Assembly: GCF_006345805.1 (NCBI RefSeq)
Contig: NC_043004.1
Coordinates: 2,852,001 to 2,916,000 of the forward strand
DNA: 64,000 nt
Source: Octopus sinensis
Taxonomy: Eukaryota
Direction: 5' to 3'
Shown: in pieces, positions 54,477 through 64,000 of the stretch
How positions within the stretch are numbered: the first letter of the stretch is position 1
How the letters are laid out: each line of letters starts with the position of its first letter
Notes under the pieces: generated by a model
What the model was told of the DNA's origin: nothing
The model's input: only the letters and a program-made list of their open reading frames with translations
Databases searched by the model: none
Made by a program: the position numbers and the translations under genes

Positions 54477-55030
54477 ATGGTGACTGCCCCCTCGTTATCG
54501 AGTATGGCCATTGCACGACGCTTAATCAATGTTGTTATCGTGCAATGCCTGTGCAAGAAAATTTTTTTTAAAGTGAGGAAAGGCTGTGCACTGAGTCAAT
54601 CCCACCCACTAAGCAACAGCAGCCATAATCCGAAAAGAAGAACAAGTCAACATCATCGGTAACTACTGAGCCGCAGGTTTTATGTCGGGGCTATCCCAGT
54701 TACCTGAGTTACCTTCTCCTAGAAGGATGCCCTAACAAATGCTAGGAGTCCTTCACTCCCAATGGTTTAACCGCGCGATCGGGTATTCAGTCCGATTATT
54801 TCTATGTCTCCGCGCATGATACATCCTTAAGACATTTATTGGATGGCCGTTGACTCTCAAGAGTTCCTCCGCCCTTTGACGGGTTTTGTTTTTCATCATG
54901 CAGGGTGTCCAATAAACACCCTCCTCACCAAGCAAGCTTGGTGGGGTTGCCGGTTTAGTCGCCGACGACCCGACCATGCAACAGGTTGTACTGGGTTACA
55001 TGTTACCAGTAGCACTCGAAAGTGACCTGA
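54477..55030 (-). mobile_element. non-autonomous, probably RTE-derived bipartite element, copy 1
   Basis: Homologous to 61726-62402; ends in the RTE 3' UTR seen at 31954. Confidence 0.75.
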
Positions 55031-55192
55031 CATACATACACACATACATATATGGTTACAGGACGTCAACAACAGTAAACAACATGGAAAACCAAAACAA
55101 ATGAGTTCAATACGCAAACAGCGAGAGAAACAAATGGAAACAGGATAAGTAACATAAAGAACGACTCTATACATACATACATAATATATATA

Positions 55193-55243
<51 letters not shown>

Positions 55244-55333
55244 GTATGTATATATATGTTTGTATGTATGTATGTATGTATGTATGTATGTATGTATGTA
55301 TTATGTATGTATGTATGTATGTATGTATGTATG

Positions 55334-55371
<38 letters not shown>

Positions 55372-56426
55372 CTCATACGTATGTATGTGTTTATAGGCAC
55401 ACATGCACGTTTAGAAAAGGGGTTAATTAGAAAAACATCTAAGACAGAAGAGAATCGAATAGACACATATAGCCATACACGCACATGCACACACACACGT
55501 ACACACACACAGACTCGCGTGTATGTGTGCTTGTCTGTATATACACGTATATGTGTGTATGTTTGTGGGTGTCCATATATAAATACAGAGAAGGAGAGAG
55601 AGCTTTCAAACCGTGTGTGTTAGTATCTCCTGTCAATAGTATTATGGCTGCTATGTATTTAGAGCAAGACTTCAATTCACTGAACGCGTAGTCTTTTGGA
55701 CGACTTAGCTGTAGAGGTTTCCTTCGCTGGTCGCTGACTGGCCAGGCTACCGTCTACTTCAGGCAAGGCTTTCTTTAAAGTCACACGGCTACCTTCAGTG
55801 TCTTTCATTGTTACACCAAATACAGTTGCTGTATAAACGGAGATCTGTGTGTTGTGCTGGATCTAGCATTTCTCTTAATAACACCAAGTGCAAAGGTCAT
55901 TTGGTATGGATAAGAGAGAGATCATAGGTCACTTGGCATAGTTTGCTACAGATCAAAGTGCTTTTAATGGCTGCGATTTTCCTTTGACGTTCTGTGTGAA
56001 ATCGACTTTTAAAGTCATTATTCTCATTTTTATTCTTCATTCTACAGCTTCAAGGGAGGTATAACATGAACAATAGCCAACAATCCGTTCAGCTAACATG
56101 GCCGACCTCAAAGCTGCGTGCCTTTTCATTAAGGGTTTATTTATACCTTAATTTCGTCTTACAATAGCCGCTACTTTGTTATAGTTATCCAGTCAGCGCG
56201 CACACACAGAAACACTCACAGTTCACAGACTAAACAGAAGTATGAAGAGATCTCATTCATAGTGTTCGGAGCCCTGAATTATACTTAAATATTAATAGCT
56301 GACTAAAAAAAAAAGAAGAAAAAGGAAAACAAATGATAATCATTATATGTATATGACATGCAACTGAGAATTCTTCTGTACATCTAACACGTTCTCCCCA
56401 CCTATCGCTCTCGCTCTCTCTATCTT

Positions 56427-56482
<56 letters not shown>

Positions 56483-56487
56483 CTCTC

Positions 56488-56540
<53 letters not shown>

Positions 56541-56794
56541 GTATATATATATATAAAAGACATATGCGATGTTCTTTTTCACACAGTACACAGTATGTTA
56601 AAGAAGCGATGAATGGAGGAAGTGCAACGGTTTATAACATATCTGGCCGTCCGTAGAAGGACTTCAAACGACCTTGGTGGATTGAAACCCTGTCGTACTC
56701 TTGAGATACATTAAGCTTACTGCACATCTCTCTCTCCTGCTCTCTCTTTCCCTCACTCTATTATACATACATACGTATATGTATATATAGGTGC

Positions 56795-56847
<53 letters not shown>

Positions 56848-57262
56848 ATGTATGCCTGCATGTGTTTCTTCCATAGCTATAAAGATAAACAGAGTATTCA
56901 CTGCGTATTAATAGCGTATATTCACGGAAAGGCAGCTTATGATTCATAAAGTTGCTACTGAAAAAAAAAAAACGGCTACGTACAGTCGATGCTCGAAATG
57001 CCCATACATATTTCTTATTTCGAGTTCTGCTTTTGCTGTTTGCATCAGCATGCCTATATATGTGCGTGTGCGTGTGTCAGAGAGACGGACAGACAGACAG
57101 TCAGAAAGACAGACAGAGGGGGTGCCAGTGTACTGACCAGACTATACAACGCTGTTCATAATGCGCTTCCTCTCACTTTTCTACATTTTCAGTAATGCCA
57201 CCCCGCTGTCTAGGCGGGTAGGCCAACTTGTGTGTGTATATATATATATATATTTCTGTGTT

Positions 57263-57300
57263 TCTTTCTGTCGAAGAGCGTAGGCTCGAAAGGTAAAAGA
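57263..57300 (+). ncRNA. 38-nt minimal hammerhead variant (A6U) in a 135-bp TA-flanked element (57253-57387)
   Basis: TCTTT CTGTCGA A GAGC gtag GCTC GAAA GG T A AAAGA. Confidence 0.6.
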
Positions 57301-57502
57301 CTTTTTCACTTCCCGAGCGTTAAACTAATACGTCTGTTTGTTGCTTACACACCCGTCTTCATCTTTTGTTTCTTTGTAAATTCTCACTATATATATATGC
57401 AGAGAAAGACAGCGAGAGGGAAAATTTACTTCAAAGATTGTCATACGATACTAAATACCACTCGATTGCAAAACTTGAAACTACTTTTTAAAAGCTATTT
57501 TT

Positions 57503-57544
<42 letters not shown>

Positions 57545-58194
57545 CGCGTGTGTGTGTGTGGTAAACGTTGCAACATTTCAGTGTCAAAGTGTTCTTGTAT
57601 TCTTCTCTGATAATGTTGCCTGCAGTTTGTTCACGAAGCCAAGTGCAGTGTCTTCCTAATCATTGGCTGAAATTTGAGCTGTTTTTACTAAGCGATATTC
57701 CTAACGCAGGCAACATTCCTGAATCTGTTGCTTGTAGCAGTAAAGCCATAACTACAAGTAGCTGGAATAATGAATAATGCATATATTATTAGTTATTCCA
57801 TATATAGTTGTCCACTTATTTTCGGACCTATGACAAATATCACAACTTTTTCGTCCACACAAGTTTAAAATGATCGACTTTGATATCATCAAGCTTTTAT
57901 TTCTAGATTGAAGTGAAAAGCGCATACAAAGAGCAGAACAAAGTAATCGCTCACGCGGTAATGTTGACAGCCATATTATCATTCACACACTGCAGTAGGG
58001 GAACAGTATTCTTAAGGCCAATATTCATTTCTTTGTTACTAATTTTAGGCCATCTAACTATCCCAGTTCTTAACCATATTAAATGTGGTTAAGTTCATTG
58101 AAAAGGAGATCCGATCTGCAGCCTTGTGTGATATAACAGAAAATCGGTTAGGTGGTAAAAAAGCAAAAAAAAAGCAAAAACAGGAAAGATATAT

Positions 58195-58428
58195 CTGTTT
58201 CTTTATTGCCCACAAGGGGCTAAACATAGAGGGGACAAACAAGGACAGACAAACGGATTAAGTCGATTACATCGACCCCAGTGCGTAACTGGTACTTAAT
58301 TTATCGACCCCGAAAGGATGAAAGGCAAAGTCGACCTCGGCGGAATTTGAACTCAGAACGCAACGACAGACGCAATACCGCTAAGCATTTCGCCCGGTGT
58401 GCTAACGTTTCTGCCAGCTCGCCGCCTT
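58195..58428 (-). mobile_element. SINE family B (tail B1), full length
   Basis: Near-consensus copy. Confidence 0.93.
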
Positions 58429-58550
58429 AAAAAAAGGAAAGATATAATAAAATGGAAGAGTAACGCTTAGATTAAATTTCTAAGTAATTCTCTCTTTGGT
58501 TTTTTGCTTTGTACTGTTTGGTTTTAATTACCCCTTTAAAAATATTACAA

Positions 58551-58965
58551 GCAGGAGTGGCTGTGTAGTAAGAAGCTTGCTTCCCAACCACATGGTTCCA
58601 GGTTCACTCCCACTGCGTGACAGCTTGGGTAAGTATCTTATACTATAGCCTCGGGCCGACCAAAACCTTGTGATTGGTTTGGGAGACGGAAACTGAAAGA
58701 AGCTCGTCGTTAATATACATATGTATATATGCGTTTGTATGTATTTGTGTGTCTGTGTTTGTGCCCCCCACCATCACTTGACAACTGATGTCGATGTATT
58801 TATGTCCTCGTAACCTAGCGATTCGGCAAAAGACAACGACAGAAAAGGTACTAGGATTACAAAGAATAAGTACTAGGATTAGAAAGGATTTGTTCGACTA
58901 AAGGCGGTGCTCCAGCATAGCTGCACAAATTACTGAAACAAGTAAAGGAATAACAATAAAAGAAT
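58551..58965 (+). mobile_element. SINE family A, full length
   Basis: Both halves with a short internal microsatellite. Confidence 0.9.
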
Positions 58966-60381
58966 ATGAGGTCCTTAATTCTGTAAATTTCTTCAAAATT
59001 GGAGAAGTAAAATACTCATTGGACAATCGGTTGTGAAATTAGAATGAGTAAATTCCAAGTCAATTCCCCGCTGGCTTTTGAACTATAACGTCCTTTAGAA
59101 AACATTGAATATATTTATTTGAGAGAAAGAAGTGAAGGAAATCTATTCCTGTGACCCACGGTAAAATTGGTGCAGAAGAAAAATTATGAAGTAATTAAAA
59201 TTAGTGAAATTTAAGGATGATTACTAATAAGTTTTGTGACATTGAATAATTTAGACCTAAATAAAACTTGTAGAGAAAATATATAACTGGTACCAGTTCT
59301 AAATTTTGAACAGTTTTGGTGCAGTTTCGGTTTCATTCCACCTAGATATGAGAGTGTCGTGGGTCTTGGAAAGAAGCTTTGCACAAGTTAAAGATTTTCT
59401 AGTTTTCTAGTATTTTTGAAACTAAATACATTTAGTACATATTATACAGAGAGAGAATTTTACAGACTTTTAGGTGCAAAAATTCAAAGTTTTAAAAGGA
59501 AGTTTAGGTGTAAAAGATGTCATTTTCATAGCAAACTTTTGCTTGTGTGGCATATAGATGTGGGATTGAAGATGGAATGAAATCTGAATGAAATCTGGAT
59601 GTTACAAGAATAATCTTGGCTATACTGAATAAGCGAAACGAAACGAAAATGTTAAGAAGTTATTAATAGTCATTATTATCAATTTCTGCTTTCATTAATT
59701 AATTAACTTGTGAAGGTAACAACATACATAGTAAGACGTATTTCATTGTTCTTACAAGATAGGGAACTATAAAATTAGACGCTTACGCAAGGGAAGACAA
59801 CTGACTCAAGAATAGCCGTAGAGTATTTCTGTTCAAACGCACAGGTTCTCATCAAAAGCTGATTTGAATTAACATTTTCCAATTCGCTTACTAGAAATGC
59901 TTAACTTCTTGTATTTATTTTCGATACATCAAACTCACATTTCTATCTTATTCCTCAGAATAAATCTGTTAAGCTGCAACAATTCATCTTGCCATTTGTG
60001 TTGCTACTCATATGCCACAAATTTAGAACAGCACACAACGAAAGACACACACTTAGCCTCTGATATACATATTAGTTAAATACAACATTTATTTCGAAAC
60101 TCAGTTTTCAAGCCGCGACGATCTTCAGGCTTGAACTGTCACATCTATGTGTAGAAGCCTGTTTACATTCGTTATTGCGGCTGCGATCATTTCCCTTTGT
60201 CTATTTATTGGCATCCATTTCTTGTTTGTTGAGTTTAAAATTCATTTAAATGCATATGTTGTGTGTGGAGTTTATGAATAAATGATTCAACAAGTAGAAA
60301 AATCTAGGAGGAGGTAATTGATTATCGTTATTTTTGTGGACAGGTTAGATAATTGTTCGTCTTTCGGTGGGGGTAGGGGGA

Positions 60382-60438
<57 letters not shown>

Positions 60439-60443
<5 letters not shown>

Positions 60444-60770
60444 AAAATTCGAAAACTAGAGTAGTGGGGAGAAATATGTACAGTGATGGGTATGTAATCG
60501 TGAATTAAAATATGTATAGAGATCAAAGTTGGTTATGCGTGCATATTTAGATGTGTTCTTTATTTTTCGATGAATAAATTTTCTTTATTTAAACGTTCTT
60601 GTATAGGAAATGTATCTTTGCACTGATAGAAGGAGAAAAGTGAGAAATTTCGTTTGATGTTGCCTGCACCTCTATCTATGTGTTCACTTAAAGGAATCTT
60701 TCTGTATTGCGGCAAAGGGATCTGCTCTTTATGTAGTGTTGTTCTCTGTCTCAATGTCAGGCACGTCCTA
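60439..60770 (-). mobile_element. Penelope-like element 3' remnant (C-terminal half of GIY-YIG endonuclease plus 3' UTR) ending at (TA)n
   Basis: TCLTLRQRTTLHKEQI...LSEHID...FSFY...ERLNKENLFIEK*RTHLN fits the PLE T..TLRxR..xH...EH...RLxxExxFI...PxLN pattern. Confidence 0.7.
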
Positions 60771-61327
60771 GTAGGGGTGAGAAGTGGGGAAACTTTATGG
60801 AAATGTCTGAGGAGAAATTTCCTGGAAATATCCGAAGAGCTGGTAAAAGGGGGAAAACTTCGTGGAAAATTCCGAGGAGGGGAGAGTAGAGGGACGAGAA
60901 AGTCCAAGGAGTGGGAGAGGAGGGGACTTCCTAGAAAATTCCAAGAAAGAGGGAATAAGGGAACTTCCCCCTGAGGAAGTAACTGGTTTCTAACCGAAAT
61001 ACAAATCTCATTTCAAACTGCATAAAATTCCATCATATTTTTTATGGTCCACTTACAGATTTTTTATGGGTATAACGAAGTGCTACGTACCTACAAACCT
61101 TTAATGATTAAATACCTGTCCTAGGAACATGTAAATTGGTATTTCCAATGACTTAACACTGCTGTATGTGGTGGCTATATAAGCTATGTGTTCGGAGATG
61201 AGAATGGGTTAGATGGGAGCAGTTGCAGGAACCAAAACCCCACTTTTGTCTCCGATCTCATTGCTTCTTTACTCCTGCGTCTCAATACGAAACGTTTTAG
61301 CAAAAGTCAGTGCTGATTATAGGTTCT

Positions 61328-61563
61328 AAAGAGTATCGGTAGAAACAACCTTAAAACTAACACAGTTTGTACTTTTGAGGTACGAATTGGTTGTTTGATT
61401 TTTTTCTGAAAGTTTAAGCTTATCCAGATTGTCAGTTTGGGATTTACTCACAAGACTAGGTGCATCAATTAATATTGGTAGAAATGTAAATTTATAATCT
61501 GGGTATAGGAGCTGGAGGATTTGAAGCAGTTGTCCACGATTATCGTCTTTCTCTTTGAAAGTC
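61328..61563 (-). mobile_element. R4/RLE-type LINE 3' remnant (second subfamily)
   Basis: KEKDDNRGQLLQILQLLYPDYKFTFLPILIDAPSLV...NLDKL resembles the RLE C-terminal region. Confidence 0.55.
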
Positions 61564-61577
61564 AAAGAGATGTTCGC

Positions 61578-61608
<31 letters not shown>

Positions 61609-61725
61609 TGTATGTATGTATGTATGTATGTATGCATGTATGTATGTATGTATGTATGTATTATGTATGTATGTATGCATGTATGTATGCATGTATGTAT
61701 TATGTATGTATGTATGTATTTTATG

Positions 61726-62402
61726 TCAGGTCACTTTCAAGTGCTACTGGTAACATGTAACCCAGTACAACATGTTGCACGGTCGGGCCGTCGGTGACTA
61801 AACCGGCAACCCCACCAAGCTTGCTTGATGAGGAGGGTAATTATTGGACACCCTGCGGGATGAAAAACAAAACCCGTCAAAGGGCGGAGGAACTCTTGAG
61901 AGTCAACGGCCATCCAATAAATATGTTTTTTTTTTTTTGTTTTCTTAAGGCTTAAGGTTGTATCATGCGCGGAGACATAGAAATAATCGGACTGAATACC
62001 CGATCGCGCGGTTAAACTATTGGGAGTGAAGGACTCCTAGCCTTTGTTAGGGCATCCTTCTAGGAGAAGGTAACTCAGGTAACTGGGATAACTCCGACAT
62101 AAAACCTGCGGCTCAGTAGTTACCGATGATGTTGACTTGTTCTTCTTTTCGGATTATGGCTGCTGTTGCTTAGTGGGTGGGATTGACTCAGTGCACAGCC
62201 TTTCCTCACTTTAAAAAAATTTTCTTGCACAGGTATTGCCCGATAACAACATTCTTCATGATTGTTGATGGTGCTGTGAGTCTCACTCAACTGAATGGTT
62301 GGCTGTAGCCTTAAAAAACAAATAAAAGTCACATTCGATCACAGCACCAATAACTGTTAAGCTTCGTGCAATGGCCATACTCGATAACGATGGGGCAGCC
62401 AT
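61726..62402 (+). mobile_element. non-autonomous, probably RTE-derived bipartite element, copy 2 (longer)
   Basis: Inverted homolog of 54477-55030 with ~105 extra bp; (TATG)n at both ends. Confidence 0.78.
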
Positions 62403-62983
62403 TATGTGTGTATGTATGCATGCAAGGAATGACTCTGAGCATTCTGGGGATCTTTTGCTCGCGCTTGTGATCATGACCTCTCCACATTCCTGAGCTTGCG
62501 ACCCATATCCGCACTGGATATCATGTCCTGGATTATCTCTGTATGACGTTTGTCATTTGGATGAAAAGGGTCTGTGAAGTGGTGTACAAAGCATATTGGA
62601 CCTAAAATTTACATTCTTCGGTGAGGCGGTTTTCCGATGCCTGGTGCTTAGGAGAGCGCCCCAGCAAGGATGGAAGCTGCGGGTGTGAAACTGGATGAAG
62701 CCGACCGCGGATGTAATAACCTCATGCACGAGTATTGCTGGCATTTTGCATGGTCAATGGTTAGTGATGGTCTTCCACGGTCACTTGTGGACATCCATCA
62801 TATATATATATTCACACGTTTCCCTTAGATATCATCAGTGGTGTGGAGAGGGGAGGCTATTATTCATGGCCTTCCACAAACAACCTTGCTCGGATTTGTG
62901 CCACGGAGGGTAACTTTCTAAGTCATTCATGACCGAATTGGGTCTCCTCCTCTCTCCCCCTCTCCCTCTCTCCCTCCCTCTGC

Positions 62984-63047
<64 letters not shown>

Positions 63048-63488
63048 GTATGTATGTATATTTATATATGTATGTACTTAGCTTTGCACTGTTTCCCTCT
63101 GCAAAATTCTACTCGTAAATATCGATAGTCTATCAGCGTCTGCAGTAGAACACGCTTTTCGAAATTGATAGGCAGTAGGACGGAACGTTCATCTTAGAGA
63201 TTGAATAAGGAACGTCTTAGCTATGCAGCTATCAGTGAATCCCGCGTAGTAGCAGAATATCGAATAAGATAAACCGAGGAGTTGGCATCTTCTTCAGACA
63301 TGCATTCGAACCCAAAGAACCCCGGCTTGATTCAGCTGTATGAACTTCACTTCACTTAGCTCTACAATGTAGGCTCCAGACACTTAAATAATATTTTCAT
63401 TTCACTTTATTCGTAACTGGAGAAGGAAACGGGAAACTTACTGAACTCTTCCGTAGAAAAATGTTTATCTACTCTATCGGATATCTAT

Positions 63489-63734
63489 GTGGAAGCGCGT
63501 GGCTTAGTGGTTAGGGTATCAGCATCATGATCGTAAGATTGTGGTTTCGATTCCTGGACCGGGCGACGCATTGTGTTCTTGAGCAAAACACTTCATTTCA
63601 CGTTGCTCGAGTCCACTCAGCTGGCAAAAATGAGTAACGCTGCGATGGACTGGCGTCCCGTCCAGCTGGGGAACACATACGCTAAAGAAACTGGGAAACA
63701 GGGCCCATGAGCCTGGTTAGGTTTTAAAAAGGGC
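63489..63734 (+). mobile_element. SINE family C (CORE-like body 2 + tail Y)
   Basis: GTGGAAGCGCGTGGCTTAGTGGTTAGG, GGTTTCGATTCC, TTGAGCAAAACACTTCATTTC, GCGATGGACTGGCGTCCCGTCCAG. Confidence 0.85.
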
Positions 63735-64000
63735 TCAAAGGGAGATCGGATATCTATATACAGTGCTGTGTTAAATTAATACATTATCTAGTAAAAAATC
63801 TGGCATAGTAAGGTGAAATAATTTAATAACTCTCATGCGGTAACCTGCAAGTTACTAGGAAATCCCAAAGTGTAATTCTTTGGCAAATCCGTATTAATGC
63901 TTAAGCGTCTTAAAAAACATTATCTCTTTTGTGTTGTACTGGACTAAGTTGTAATACAATTGTATTTTATTATATTGCACTTTGTATGAGTTCAAATCCC

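Noticed and set aside
60110-60150. CTGAAGA...GAAA on the minus strand
   Set aside because: Better explained as an 8-bp hairpin (TTCAAGCC/GGCTTGAA); stems I and II fail
61726-61830. HDV-like ribozyme at the 5' end of the RTE-derived element
   Set aside because: A 7-bp P1 (GGTCACT/GGTGACT) is possible, but P3/L3 and the P1.1 GG are missing
54477-62402. Composite transposon bounded by the two inverted ~600-bp repeats
   Set aside because: Repeats end in an RTE-type 3' UTR, differ by a 105-bp indel, and a third fragment occurs elsewhere; independent insertions are simpler
62420-62800. GC-richer coding-like segment
   Set aside because: Stops in the longer frames and no motif I can name; left unclassified

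Overview
AT-rich, microsatellite-saturated animal non-coding DNA, most likely octopus or another cephalopod (inferred from the tRNA-derived SINE repertoire). It contains one 100-N gap. No host protein-coding gene is confidently supported; nearly all ORF-track entries are translated microsatellites. The supported content is transposable-element derived: a near-intact Tc1 (DD34E, 224-bp IR/DR-type TIRs), mariner remnants, a piggyBac-type MITE, CR1-, RTE- and R4/Dong-type LINE remnants, a Penelope-like (PLE) GIY-YIG remnant, and many copies of four tRNA-headed SINE families (my labels A-D). The most striking signal is a set of at least ten minimal type-I hammerhead ribozyme (HHR) motifs, found by eye, in short unrelated elements embedded in (TA)n runs. 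Several lie in head-to-head fold-back palindromes and nearly all have a self-complementary stem III. They include core variants (G3:C8 in two copies, A6U, G5A), and one appears to form the 3' module of a tRNA-headed SINE. All ribozyme calls are manual folds and are untested.
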